A stretch of DNA of 64,000 nucleotides from assembly GCA_964016885.1 (NCBI GenBank), contig OZ024743.1, positions 121,644,001-121,708,000 on the forward strand, read 5' to 3'. Origin of the DNA: Eledone cirrhosa. Its lineage: Eukaryota. Within the stretch, counting starts at the first letter, position 1, and each line of letters starts with the position of its first letter. The position numbers and the translations under genes are program-made. Below are positions 34,874 to 49,340 of this stretch, in pieces. The notes below the pieces were generated by a model, which was not told the DNA's origin, ran no database searches, and worked only from the letters and a program-made list of their open reading frames with translations.

Positions 34874-35440
34874 CTAGCAGAAAAACCACCCGCCAGGCAG
34901 TTTTCTGCTAGAATGTGTAGTGTGCATAGTGATAATATAAGCAAATATATATGCATGTAGATATGATATGTCAAATGAAAAGTAAATTAACAATATGCAC
35001 AGAAATTGTAGAGAGACTGTGTTACACTCTCTTCTGTAATCAGTAAAGTAATCCATGATATATATTTTAAAAAGACGATATTATATATAAACTGCATACG
35101 GTTAAATGTTATGAAAACAGAAATGGAGAAAATGAGATTAGCGATGGAAATATAAACGTTATGATATAACGATGCAAATATATAAACGTTTGTATAAGCG
35201 ATGTATGGCAAAGTGTTACAATATAACGGACGCTAATGGAAGTGTTGACATTTGAAAACTTTAAAAGAAGCGAATCTTGAAATAAGCAATACATTATATA
35301 TAAGATTATTTATGTTTAATCAAGAGCCATGAAATTTAGTAGATAAATTACATAATATCCATTCATGATTTATTCAAAGTAATCCAACTTATTTTAATAA
35401 CTTGTTGTGAAAAAATAAAGCTGACACAGTTTTACAGTTC
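34874..35440 (-). mobile_element. Non-autonomous Helitron (paralogue of 53736-54285)
   Basis: CTAG end with aaaacc..gtttt hairpin; homologous to the 53736 copy; far end uncertain. Confidence 0.65.
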
Positions 35441-37892
35441 TCCAATCATCGGTGGATTGGCAATATCGGTAGAGGGTCGACACCATGCTTTGACGTATAG
35501 AGTTACGGCTCTTGCCATTCTGAGTTCAAATCCCGCCGAGGTTAACTTTGCCTTTCATACTTACGGGGTCGATAAAATAAAGTACCAGTAATGCTCTGGG
35601 TAATTGCTGGCCTTGTGCCAAACGTAGAAACAATTATATATTAGATAGCAACAATCCTTACGGGGTCAATAAAATAAAGCACCAGTAATGCACTGGGATA
35701 ATTGTTGGCCTTGTACCAAATGTAGAAACAATTATATATTAGATATCAACGAATATGAAGACTATAAGAATGAAAAGAAAATATCCACTGTTCCTATAGA
35801 TGTTTCTAAAGAATCTAGCTGTATATAACTGTGGAAGAAAAAATTGGTAAATATTCCACTAATGCCAGATATAAAGATGAAACCACCACAAATTTGTCAA
35901 AGGGCTCAGAGTCCATAGAGACCAAACTCCATGTTGGATTAGGCCTAATAAGATACCGAAGTAAAATGGGAACATGATGTGGGATTTTCTTTCTGTAGTT
36001 GTATAACAGTCCAAAGCATAAGTAACCTGCTAGTTTGACCATTATTGGATTTCTCTTGTTGCAAGGTTGAATGAATAAAGTGGAAAGATTTAATGTAAAC
36101 ACAAAACAATAATGAGATATTATGTTATTGGGGTATACAGTATCATCCATATTAAAATATCTATTTCATACTTAGCACTTTCATTACCATATTTCTAATG
36201 AAATGCACTCTATCTGAATTAATTAATGAAGAATTTGGAGAGATTTACTAAAACTATTAATTATTTCATTATTAAGATGGTGCTTGTAACATAATAAAAG
36301 GTTCTTAAATCAAATTATACTGTTAGATTTTAATTTACATAGGAACTCAACAATGGATGCCTTTTGTTTCAAAAAGTCTGTGGCAATTTTGGGTGGGTTG
36401 GTATCAAAAGGGTTAATTCTTAATAACCTCAATAAAATAGAATTTTTTTAATATTTTTCAACAAAAGAAATTATAAGAGAAACTGCTACCAAATGAAAAC
36501 ACAATAAACCCAACATAGCCATTTCAGACTAAAATGAAACTTGCACTCAATCATCTAAATAACATTAATATCTTATACAAATTTATCAAACTTAAGGAGA
36601 GAGCCATCTTATATCTAACCTCATCATTCTTTCTCATGTCTTCTTTAGTTATACTTCTACAAATTATTCTTTCCATTGTCAACTCATAAAACGTCCCCTA
36701 AAATGCATTGCTCATTCACATTAAATAATCATAAGCACATTTGTCTTTCTCAATATACTTGTGTACAGTCTTTCTCATAAATTGATATTACATATCCAAC
36801 AAGCTATATTTAGCTCATTACTCTAGAGCAGAGAGGAAATCCTTCACCTGCAAGCAGAATTTTGCCGCCCACATCCAAATTTAAAACACCAGCTGACAAA
36901 GTTCTCTAAACCCCATATGTAAATAATTATTTACACCTTGAGATCAAAAGAGAAATTTAATATAAGTTGCTTTGAATACACTTTTAGCCGTAATGCTTGT
37001 CATGTTATATTAATCAAGAGAAGGAATACATGAGAATTGATGACCTAGTAGTCCCACACGTATTACACTCAATTAGTATTCAGCATTTGTGCCATCCCCA
37101 CACCACTTATCCCAAAAAAAATCTACTTTAGGGCATTTATTTTTTCTCATTAAATATTGTTATTGGTGATGAATAGTCAATGTCAATTTAACTTTTGTCT
37201 ATGTTGCTTGTTGGTTTTGTCATTACAAATTAAGTGCAATAATTTTAAATGCTGGCAACATCTTCCTCTTTTTATTAAAGATTTTAAATCAATATTGTAA
37301 AGTGAATAACAATAACACTTTCAGCAATGATTTGTACTAATAAAAAAAAAAAAGAGTTTCTGACAAAAGTTCTTTGTTTGACACATAATAATTCTTTCCT
37401 AGAACTATGTCGAATACGGGGATAGCAGTTTTTAAAAAGTACAATTTTCAACATCACTATATAACCAAGCATAATAAGGAATACAAAACCAAAATAGAAC
37501 TTTGCATTTAGAAATGCTTTCATTTTTAAAAGAACATTTATGCAAACAGCATTCTATTTACAAAATATATATTTATGAAAATAATTCCACTGGCCAGGCG
37601 GTAGTTTTGGTACCATGATAAAACAAATAGCTTTTTAAATAGGCAAAAAACCTGAGGTACCCCAGTATTTTTTTTTTTATTAAATAATCATAAAATCAAT
37701 TCTGTTCTGGAATCATTACTTGACTCTAGATTTCATCACTTGAGAAAAAAAGAAAACCTAAGCCTTGTCCAGGCAAAAATATTTAATTTGAAGCAGTTCC
37801 ACATCAAGATGCTGACTCTAATACTCAATAGTTAAACACTACAATTTCTGGTCTAATTTGGCACTACTAGATTTTAAAATAAAACTATTAAC

Positions 37893-38029
37893 CTGTTTTT
37901 AACCAGAACTTCTCCAGCTGCAGGTTTTAGCATTTCCACTTGTTTAATTAAAACAGCATCCCGGAAATTCTTTGACAACTGGTTCACCACAAGCTTTCGA
38001 AAAGTACTGGGCAATTGTTTTAAAGACAT
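37893..38029 (-). CDS. PTGR3: Prostaglandin reductase 3 / ZADH2-like, first identified coding exon
   Basis: MSLKQLPSTFRKLVVNQLSKNFRDAVLIKQVEMLKPAAGEVLVKN(R) resembles the PTGR3 N-terminus; acceptor ttgcag before 38034, donor AG|gt at 37893; an upstream exon is implied. Confidence 0.88.
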
Positions 38030-38384
38030 TTTCTCTGCAAAGAAAAAGATAACAAAATATATTAATATGATATAAAAGAGTACTGAAAACAGTTTCATCA
38101 CCATTACAGTCATCATTTTATGACCTAATTTTTTAAAATAGAACAGTTTTGATATTGATTTATTTAACAAATATCTTTGAACTTTCACAGTTTCTACTTC
38201 ACTCTTAACTACTACACTAAAAGATAAACTTTCTTCTTGAATCCAAATAAACAGTTTATTTCAGCCATTTTTATTATATAGTGCATTCAGTATCACAGAT
38301 TGTGACTTAACAAAATCAACAATGTAATCTCTTTAATCTAATGTTTCACCGTATGATAGTTCCCTAACAACCTTCAACTAGTGA

Positions 38385-38641
38385 TCTAATATATACATAA
38401 ATAGGCATGTGTGAGTGTGCGTGTGTGTGTGTGTGTGTATATGGAGGCACATGGCTTAGTGGTTAGAGCATTGGCCTTGAAATCAAAAGGTTGTGAGTTC
38501 AATTCTCAGACCGGGTGATGTGTTGTTTCCTTGAGCAAGACACTTTATTTCACATTGCTCCAGTTTACTCAGCTGTAGAAATGAGATGATAGGACTGGGG
38601 TCCATATCATTCCACTGCAAAATATATACATAAATAGGCAT

Positions 38642-38684
<43 letters not shown>

Positions 38685-38860
38685 GAGGCACATGGCTTAG
38701 TGGTTAGAGCATTGGCCTTGAAATCAAAAGGTTGTGAGTTCAATTCTCAGACCGGGTGATGTGTTGTTTCCTTGAGCAAGACACTTTATTTCACATTGCT
38801 CCAGTTTACTCAGCTGTAGAAATGAGATGATAGGGACTGGGGTCCATATCATTCCACTAC
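38385..38860 (+). repeat. Tandem duplication (~236 bp) of a SINE head plus flank
   Basis: atatacataaataggcatgt..(GT)n..SINE head occurs twice. Confidence 0.8.
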
Positions 38861-39879
38861 AAAATGGTCATGGAGGTGCCACGGCAAAAAAAGCACCCAG
38901 CCTACACTGTAAAGTGGACGTGTAGGCGCCACGGAAAAAAAAGCACCTAGCACTCACTGTAAATGAGGTTGGTGTTAGGAAGGGCATCCAGCTGTAGAAA
39001 TCAAGCCAGAATCAGTTCCTGTCCCACCCTTGCAAGCAGGGAAAAGCGAACGTAAAATGATGATGATGATGATGATGCATATATGTATATATTGAAATAT
39101 GATGATGATGATGATGATACATATATATATATTTGAAATATGAACGAAACCGTCTTTCTTATTTATTATTATATACATATGCATATATATATATATATCA
39201 TCATGGAGGCACATGGCTTAGTGGTTAGAGCATTGGCCTTGCAATCGAAAGGTTGTGAGTTCAATTTTCAGACCGGGTGATGTGTTGTTTCCTTGAGCAA
39301 GACACTTTATTTCACATTGCTCCAGTTTACTCAGCTGTAGAAATGAGATGATAGGGACTGGGGTCCCTATCATTCCACTGCAAAGTGGTCGTGGAGGTGC
39401 AACGGCAAAAAAGCACCCAGCACTCACTGTAAATGAGGTTGGTGTTAGGAAGGGCATCCAGCTGTAGAAATCAAGCCAGAATCAGTTCCCGTCCCACCCT
39501 TGCAAGCAGGGAAAAAGCGGACGTAAAATGAAATGATGATGATGATCATCATCATCATCATCATCTCCATTTAATGTCCATTTTTCCACGCTGCTATGGG
39601 TTAGACGAGTTATCCCATCCTGAGCAATGCTAGGTGAGGTGATCATGCCTTGCTCGTGCAGAACCAATTTTGGTTTGGTTTCTACAGCCGGATGCCCTTC
39701 CTAGCACCAACCTCATTTACAGTAAGTACAAGGTGCTTTTTGTCATGACGCCTACATGACCACTTTACAGTGTAGACTAGGTGCTTTTTTGCCATGTTGC
39801 CATCACAACCACTTTACAGTGTGTGCTGGACGCTTCACTGGGTGTATGCCTCAGCCTATCCTCATGGGAGAAATATGGG

Positions 39880-40512
39880 AGTGGGTGGTGTAGGGTGGGG
39901 TGGTGCATACTATTTATATGCTTCAGTTTCAGCCTGTGCCTGTGGGAAGTCTGGTCTTCTGTAATACTGTCTAACGCCAGAGATCTCGGTCCTGTGTCAT
40001 CGCCATTGTGAGGTGCAACTGGGCAAGTCCAGCTTTTATTACCTCGTCCCAAGTCTTCCTGGGTTACTCTACTCCACAGCCTCCATCGACTCTGATCATT
40101 CTACACCTTTTTATACAGCTGCCATCCTTCATACACATCACATGTCCATACCAATGCATTCTCCTCTCCTGCACACTGCATCCGATTCCTCTTATGCCTA
40201 GTTGTTCTTTCAGTATGTTTATGCTTTGCCGTTTACATATATTACTATTACACATTCATCAGAGCATGCAAACTTCATTCCTTTCCAGGTCTCACTACCA
40301 TGCAGCATTGCTGTTCATATGCACACATCATACAGTCTGCCTTCCATTTTGAGGGAGAAGCCTTTTGTAGCTAGAAGTGGTAATAGATCCCTGAACTTCT
40401 TCCAACCCATTCTTACTCTGGCTACTGAGCTTTCAGAACACCCACCTCTGCTGCTAATTTGATCACCCAGGTAGCAGAAGCTGTCTACTGTTTCTACAGA
40501 GCCTTCCCAGAA
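39880..40512 (-). mobile_element. RTE-clade LINE fragment
   Basis: VDSFCYLGDQISSRGGCSES..RVRMGWKKFRDLLPLL; RRMHWYGHVM. Confidence 0.82.
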
Positions 40513-40614
40513 TTTGATATACATATACATATATATGTGTGTGTGTGTGCATGGTAAATATAACAAGGTACTGGAGATATTCACACAAAATCAGAGAGGA
40601 GCTTACATATTGGG

Positions 40615-40706
40615 GCATATCTGAGGATCTTTCGATTCCAGAGTCAGGTTTGATCAATAATAGATCGTTCCTCGAGCTGATCGACAGTGAAACATATGTA
40701 ATATGT
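40615..40706 (+). ncRNA. Type I hammerhead ribozyme with long stem II in a solo pLTR (family C, ~40550-40840)
   Basis: gcatat-CTGAGGA-[61 nt]-GAAA-catatg-TA-atatgt; tail with TCGAGTGCTC ends in (TA)n. Confidence 0.78.
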
Positions 40707-42319
40707 TATTAGATATGTTATGATGCAACACTGATTCTTTGTTCCTTTATTCTTATACTATTATACTCTGTTCTGCAAAAGCATCGAGTGCTCACCCAGC
40801 CTACTGCCTACAGACGAAATTATCTTGCCCCTAATCACCTATATATATATATATATATATTTGCCCTCTCTTTGTTAATTTTCCTAAGTTTATCAATGCT
40901 AATGTGACAAACGTGTTATCTCTTCTCCCCACATTTATTTCAATGACTTACATTTTTAACATGACATCTTACTTTCTTCTTCTTGCGTTTGTGTTTTTGT
41001 GTGCATACATGGATTCTTCAGATACACTTATATAGACTTGCTTGTGTGCATACGTACATATACATATACATACCAGTACATATATGTGAATGTTTTGAGT
41101 GGTAGTTGGTCTGTGTATATGAATGGTGATTCATAAGGGTTTTGGTTTGTCGTGCAGGTTTTGGTCAGAGCTGGTCTATTTCAGAAAGTAGCCAGAGGAG
41201 AAAAGTGCTCATGGGGAAGGCTGTGTGTGGTGTACAAAGAACTGAAGTGGTATGGGATGAGAGCTGTGGTAGCAGTGTGTGTGTTGGTGGTAAAGGAGTG
41301 TAGTATGAAGTTGGAGTGTTGGAGTGGCTGTGTAGTATGATTGAGTGCGTTAGTAAGTATCCATTGGTTTTCATCCTTTTCTATAACATATTTTTCTACT
41401 CAATCAAAAAGAGTCAGAACTATATGCTCTTAGCAACTTATATATTCTGATAACCTGATTCTCATAACAGAATGTATTAAGAACTCAAGAAAAAAATTCA
41501 AACCAAGAAATTGAGTGCAAGTTTTAAATATTCTTAGTCTTAACATGACAATGACTAAACTGTTAGTAGAGACAGAGACATTGTAATTTACTTTAAACAA
41601 CAAAACTACTTGTACACACCTCACATACACAACTTGTATTGCTCCTACTATAAATAATTATATTACAATGAACGTTCATTGTTTGCCAATTCATTGCTAT
41701 AATTAGACTGAAATACTTTACTATGTGTTGAATAATTTACAAGATGACATTTGTATACAGGTCTGTGCATGAAAATGAGGATTCATTGCTGCTACTTTAA
41801 GATTCTGGCTTTGTGCCTGTGTAAAAAGTAATACAAATGCAAATTTCTTCAGACCCAATGTGTTTACAATAGGATTATGTGTTAGTATGAAGAAGATTGC
41901 ATGAAGTGTAAAGTATCTATAACAGTAAAAAGGAAAGAAATAATACATGAGCAACAACCCTTCCATTCTGCAATAGTGAGATGTTACCCCTTAACCCTTT
42001 AGCATCTAAACCAGCCATAACCAGCCAGAATTCTCTCACCTCTTTTCGTTCAAACCGGCTGCTCATACTTATGTTAAGGTATTGTTCTCAAAATAAATAA
42101 TATCAAAATCTCGTAGATTCAATATTATGTGAGATGATTATGTAAGATAATTATGTGAGATAAAATGTTTACCATGAAAATATAATAGTAAATGCTAAAG
42201 GGTTAAAGGACAGAGAAGCTGTTTAATGAGTAAAGATTTGGATAGAAGAAGTGTTTATTTTACATATCACCTATGAATTTGAAATGTCTTTAGAGGAGGT
42301 ATCAATGACCATGGGTCTG

Positions 42320-42620
42320 TCCACTGAGATGGAGAATGGTCCCCATGATAGATTTCCAACATGCAAGTAGGTACCTCCTAAAATGAGGACAAGATGTTAA
42401 TAATTTGCTCTTAGAATTGAAATATTCATTTGAAGATTTCAGAATTAGGATATTTTCAGTGGTGCAAAGCCTGCATCTCCTGGATCCTTTAATGTAGGCT
42501 TTAGGTTTTACAAGAGCATCCATTTGATATTATCGTGTTTCTCCTTGTCTTTTGAGGCCCATATGGGCTTCTAAAACTGTAGAAGCTTTCATATCTGCAT
42601 ACTTCTAGGATTAGACATAA
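42320..42620 (-). mobile_element. PLE GIY-YIG C-terminal remnant
   Basis: KAYIKGSRRCRLCTTENILILK..FNSKSKLLTSCPHFRRYLL. Confidence 0.78.
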
Positions 42621-43559
42621 CAGTATTACCACCATTTAAAAATTCTTTCAACCAATTCAATTTAGCATTTTTTGTCTGCTATTTACTTTGGCATCATACA
42701 CAACTAATTTCTCTGTACATATATATATATATGTGTGTGTCTGTATCAGTAATTGTGAGCCAGTGTTTACCTGTATGTGTGTGTAAGTGTATGTAAATAG
42801 GTCCATGAATACTTTCTGTAAGTTCTTTGATGGTTAACAAAAAATAAAATTAAAAGTCTACATATTTGAACCTAGGCAATTCTAAGCAGCACTACAAGTA
42901 TATATATATAATTATGAATATATATCATCATCATCACCATTTTAAATCTGTCTTTCTATGGTTGCTTGCTTTGAATAAGTTTTCTCCATCACAGCTTCCC
43001 TCAACTTGTTGCATTTCTTTGTCATCTTCAATATTTTATTCAACTTAGAGATAAATGCACCTTATTTTCTCAACCAGACTATATATATAGCGCAGTCATG
43101 GACTCCATAAGCCGTAGTGAAGGCAGCTCGTCTAAGAGAGTAGACACTGAATAAAAACTGATATAGGGTGGAGGGGACTCATGAGTCCAGCAAGACCTCT
43201 TTAGTGCTGGTGGTACGAATAATGTACCCAGTCCATGCTGTAAAGTGGTTGGTGATAGAAAGGACATCCAGCCAGAAAAGATAAATGCCAAAATTATGGA
43301 AAGCACAAAACATAAGATTAACAGTAATTGCATATACAGGAATAACACTAGTCATGTTAGTGCTGTGAACAGTAGTGGGGGTAGCTGGAGTAGCTATGTG
43401 CAAGAATACCTTGACCATCATCAATCAATCACACAGCATTTTTCCCTACCAGGTACAAAGAACTGCTACTCAAGGAACTAACTGTCGAGTTACACATTTC
43501 AGGACTGCCATATCAATGTTGGCACCCTGAAAGGTAAATTAGGTAAAATTGTGGAGCTG

Positions 43560-43965
43560 TTAGGAAAGAAGTGAATGCGTGCTGTGTATAAGAAGTGTGA
43601 TGGAGTGGTGCCTCAGTGAGACTACTCATAGTCAAACAACATAGATACAATTTTTTCTGGGTAGGAAATGAAAATGGGATATGTAGTGTATGCATCATAT
43701 GAGCTGAGAAATGGATAGATAAGGTGATATAGGTAGTTAGAGAAAGTGATAGAATTATCAAACTTAGAATAGCTCTAGGAAATAGAATGGTGACAATTAC
43801 ATCTATTTATGCACCAGAGGCAAGACTGAGTAAAGAACAAAAGGACCGTTTCTCTTGAGGAACTTTTACAGACAACCTCAGTTACTGATGAAAGAGATCT
43901 GATCATTTTGGCCAGTGACTTCAATGAACATGTTGGACAGTACCAGGGTTGATTCACTGGAGTTC
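43560..43965 (+). mobile_element. RTE LINE apurinic endonuclease fragment
   Basis: VVRESDRIIKLRI..ITSIYAPE..DLIILASDFNEHVG. Confidence 0.75.
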
Positions 43966-45804
43966 ACAGTGTGTTAGCATTCCTTCATGCTGGGGAACAG
44001 AAAGAATTCAGTTGTTGATCTTATCAATACTTAAAGCTGTTGGCAGTTATGCTTATATACGTTTTATCAGCTGGGTAGGTCTTTAAGGTGCATTGAAAAG
44101 AAATTTCTTTATCCAAGCAATGGGAGTCTAAAGGGCAGCCATCGGGGGACTGTACAGTTACATCCAGAGATTCTAATCCAGTCAGTGTTTTTCCTCTTTT
44201 TTCTGTTATGTCTATTTAGTTAAACAATGTTAGATGATGCAATGTTCTGTTCTAAATTAGATGTGGTGGAGTATGATAGCTTAATAGCATTATATTATAG
44301 TACAAGGGTGGTGGATTGGCAGTATTGGTAGAGCGTCAGATGCCATGCTTTCCAGCATAGAGTTATTGCCCTTTATGTTCCGGGTTCAAATCCCAGCGAG
44401 GTTAGCTTTGCCTTTCATCCTTACAGGGTTGATAAAATAAAGTACCAGTAATGAACTGGGGTAATTGCTGGCCTTATATTATAGTATATTCCATGGTATG
44501 TATGTTACATGGTGAAGTGTATTTTTAGTAATGAAAATAATATCTTTGTGACTGGGGTTGCTATCTCAGCTTTGTGATGGATTATACTGTAATATTCCTA
44601 AATCTATCCCTCATGACTTTTCTAGTGTAATTGGCAGGGGTGCACATTATTCCATAAGTAAAGCCACTATGTTGGATGGCCTCATTTTAGTAGAGAGCAT
44701 TATCATTGAAGATTTGTTCACTGGACATTGAATCTACAAAACATACCTAAAGTATAAACCAATGTTGGACCCAAACTGATAGAGCTATAATCCAACAAGC
44801 ATGGTGAGCTGATGTCCAATAACTTGTGAATAGCGTATATTACATCTGGAATCTGAACATAATGAACAAAAACAGCTAGAATTTTAACATGGTGGACTAA
44901 ATGCATATATATCCAGTTGACCACTCGAACAGAAAGGTGTACATGGGAATTTGCACGTTCAGCTTGCTATTCTCCTCTCCTACAACTATAATAACATTTC
45001 ACTAAGTGATCTTGATCCAACATCCCAACTAGGTTAAATAACCATGCCAACATTACTTTTCAATTCAACTTCAAATTTAATTTTAACTTAGATATGGGAT
45101 GAGGTGATAAAAGCCGACCTTACCCAATTACACCTCTCAAAGGCAATGACACACGACCGTGACCTCTGACGTCACGCAGTAATACAGAGTACCCGACCTC
45201 CCATGGGTACAAGCTGAAGCATATAGACAATATGCCCCCACACCCCCCACCGCAAGGTGGCCGTGGAGGTGCCACGGCAAAAAAGCACCCAGCCCACACT
45301 GTAAAGTGGACGTGTAGGCACCACGAAAAAGCACCCAGCACTCACTGTAAATGAGGTTGGTGTTAGGAAGGGCATCCAGCTGTAGAAATCAAGCCAAATC
45401 AGTTCCTGTATGAGCAAGGCATGGTCAGCCGACCAGACACTGCCCACAACAGGACAATCCGTCTAACCCATGCTAGCATGGAAGAACGGACGTAAAACGG
45501 TGATGATGATGATGATGATGATGATATAACCCAATATTAATGGTATGCTTGCAGACATTATCAAACTATACACCTATCTTATGAGTTCTATATTTTTAGG
45601 CCATTTCATAGCTTTATATATATATATTTTAGGTAGGTCATTTGTAAGTATATAATCATCATCATCATCACCGTTTTACATCCGTTCTTCCACGCTAGCA
45701 TGGGTTAGACAGGTTGTCCTGTTGTAGGTAGTGCCTGGTCGGCTAACCTTGTCTTGCTTATATACACACATTTATATATATATATATGTGTGTGTGTGTA
45801 TATA

Positions 45805-45874
<70 letters not shown>

Positions 45875-48149
45875 GATATATAATTTCATAATGTTATAAA
45901 TTTTATAGTCTTTATGATTTGTATAATTTTAGTATTTTCACTCTACTTTCACATATTTCAATTTTGCTTTTAGCTATACTGTCATTTCTATAATTTCTTT
46001 TTTATTATTAAATTATTTCACAACTTTATAAATTTTTTAGGTCATTCATAATTTTATTATTTTTCATGATTTTATATTTATAATCTTTATCATTTGTGTC
46101 ATTTTAGCATTTTTTATTCCACCTCCACACATTTTCACTTTCCTTTTAGCAATTCTATTATTCCCTTGCTTAAACTGTTTGGTTGGTATTACTAGTGATA
46201 TTTATCTAGGTCATGACCAGATTACTGTTCGATATATAAAGTAAATTTAATTAAATTGTATTTTACTTTTAATAACTACCTGCCCTTTAATTAGTTACAC
46301 CAACGAAAACATTATTAACATAAACTAATAATAATATAATTTAGAATTAAATCAATTTATAAGGTTAATGTGAATCACATTGACCTAATATTGATCTGAA
46401 GTGTAATAAGGGAGACCACTCCCAGTTACACTTATCTCCTATGAATAACACTATGGAACTATCAACATAATATACAGGGTGTCCCAAAAAATGTATACAC
46501 ACTTTGATTACCTGTACAGGCAATATTTATTAGAATGCTGTAGAAATGTGTGTACATTGGGGGGGGGGGGGACATAGGTGCAGTGAGTATGTATTATCAT
46601 CATCATTTAACATCTATTTCCCATGTTTGCATGGGTAAGATGGGTTGTCACATTATGAGACTAACCAAAACAGGTCAAGTGACCATGTTTTGCTCATACA
46701 GTTCTGTTTTTAGTTTGGTTTTTATAGCTGTATACCGCTCCTAATGCCAACCACATTACAATATGGATTGGCACCAGAATGACCACACCTAACAGGGTGG
46801 ACTGGATGCTTTTTCCATCATGGGGTGATTTATACAAGTATTTAACTATGTTTAATGACTTAAAGGGACCGCTTGTAAATAGAAAGATGAAGCTATGAAC
46901 TTCTGCTGATTAACTTCCAAAATATAAAATTTTAGCTTTTGGACAAAGATTAACTCCTTCTGGTCTTTATATTATAATGAAATGAGAATATCTTCACCGA
47001 GTTGAAAGTCATAATAATAAATATATTCTCTACGGATTAACCTTAATTAATATAAATGAAGTATTCATATAAACTTGGTTTTCTTTGTTCTTCAAATAAG
47101 GAAATGCAGTGTGTGTATGTGTGTGTGTGTGGTAAATTATGTTTCTACTAGCCTTCCATACTACTCCTAACTACATTTCTTACCTCTTCTTTCTCCTTGT
47201 CTTGTTTCACACACTCAAAGATGTCGCCATCCTGTCTTCTTCATAAATCTTTCAATGTCATTTACACCTTCTAAATTCTAGGTTGTGAATTCATGGTGGT
47301 TACATTGGTATTAAATTAAAAATAGCCATTTCGTTCAATAACTTCAAATATTATTAGTATTTCTATCTTGTATTAGTATTTCTATCTTGTATTCTTTGCT
47401 CTGTTTTTTAACTTGTGTATTTGCATTAGACATGCACTTTCCAGTTTCTTCATTAACATAATTAAAAGTTTTGAACTACATATTATGTTTTCCTTTTTTC
47501 TATCATATATATCAAACAAAAGAGTGGGGTTTCTTCCATATGTGTGTGTCTGTGTCTGTGTATGTGTGGTGTGTCAACAAAAAGAAAAAGTGCTCTCTAT
47601 ATAAACAGAGGTAATTTATTATGATTCGTACATATGAAAAATCATTCGAACATATGAAAGATCAAAAACCTTAGACTTCATGGTCTGACAATCTTGCATA
47701 AGTGCAACCGATGTTTGTCAACCACATCTTCAGAGAACTACATACAAAATGTCTGAACGAGATTTGGTGAAAAATCTCGTAAAAAGGATGTGAGAGAACA
47801 TTTATAATTGGTGAAGAGAAAGTAACTCCAAGATTAAAATGATTTATCCAATGTCTTTAACTGGGAAAAGGAGTAAATATTTTGGTCCTAAAATTATATT
47901 GAGTGTATGGAAAAAGAGAAAATGAGATAAGATAGAGAAGGTCACAGAAGGTTATATAGGTGGTGTGTTCATATTAAAAGGTGTATGGCCAACTGTTCTT
48001 GAGTAAGGTGGAGTACTTATGAAGCATGAAGTATTCAGAGACAGAGGATATTGCGTTAGTTAGTAAGTGACTGTGAATATGTAGGGTACTTTTAAGGTGT
48101 GTTTTGTATATCTAGCTGTGTAAGCTGTATGTCTGGTCAGTGGTGTTTC

Positions 48150-48700
48150 CATAAATAGTACAAATATTTTTTGAAAGGCAAACATTTAAAGTATTCAATA
48201 GTTGACGTTAACCCTAGGAGTATTTTTTCTTTTTTTCACTAGTACAAAGCCCACACTTTTTTGATCCGTTGGTATATAGACTGGGCTTTTCCAGTATTCT
48301 CTATTTTATTGTATAGGGTAAACATTTGTCTTTCAATTCCCCTGTATTTTGCTAGGGCAGTAGCTGTTTTCATTTCTGGGTGTCTAAAGGACTAGACAAA
48401 CAAGTAAAATATTGGCTTAAACCTGTCTTGTACCAAACCCACATATCTTTTTTTGTCCCCTACTTGGCTCATATTCTCAGGGATAACATCAGCTTCATAT
48501 ATTATTAACTTTATGTTACAGGCCTGCTGCAAAGGGTATTCATCTTTTATCCTGTAAGAGAATCCAGGTTCTTCTCTGGGTATATGTCTTGCAGTTATCA
48601 TTGACTTCATAGAAGGACCACATGAATAACTGATTTTAACGGAATGCTTACAGAAAATCATACTATATCTGTATTGTGCTCAAGTTTTCATGCAGTTCTT
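48150..48700 (-). mobile_element. Degenerate PLE linker/GIY-YIG remnant
   Basis: IFCKHSVKISYSCGPSMKS..IIYEADV..RYVGL, then CGLCT downstream. Confidence 0.75.
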
Positions 48701-48844
48701 TACAAATATACACTTAGTCTCAATCACACAAAGGCACACATACTGATGTGCACACATACACACACAAAGATATATGTATATATGCACTCATGTGACCACA
48801 TATATACATAGTCACTCACACTATTTCTACAGCCATATCCTCAT

Positions 48845-49340
48845 CAGGATAAAGTGTGAAGCATTGGTGGATAAGAAAGTCAGAATTGCATATGCAGATG
48901 CAATTGAATTCAAATTCAGAGAACTCCCCAAGGAAACTGAGGATGTTGAAATGGAGTGGAGATTGTTCAGCTCAGCAGTTTCTGCTTCAGCTGTTAAATG
49001 TTGTGGGTAAAAGAGGCTTGGTGGGGCTCTAGATTGCAGGAGGACCCCTTTGTTCAATCAAGATGTCAAAGATGCCAACCAAGCAAAGAAGGAGGCCTAC
49101 AAACTTAGCTTGGAAATAAGTCCTCCTTCTTGTATTCGCAGTACAAGCAGGCACAAAGAATCACAGCAGAGACATTAAAGGCATCCAAAGTTAAGACATA
49201 GGAGGACTTTGGGGTTAAGTTGGAATCCAACTTCAAATCAGCAAATAAAGTATTCTAGCAGACCATCCACTAACTTCATAATAAGTCCTCCTCTGCACCT
49301 GCTATCAGGAACATGTCTGGGGTTCTCCTATCTTCAGAGA
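48845..49340 (+). mobile_element. Degenerate RTE-group LINE fragment (EN-RT linker)
   Basis: FRELPKETEDVEMEWRLFSSAV..CCG with multiple stops. Confidence 0.6.

Noticed and set aside
38442-38520. tRNA-like sequence
   Set aside because: Multi-copy SINE head continuing into a SINE body, not a tRNA gene
47665-47740. Minus-strand CTGAAGA with long stem II downstream of a PLE remnant
   Set aside because: GAAG instead of GAAA and weak stem I; at most a relic, not called as a feature
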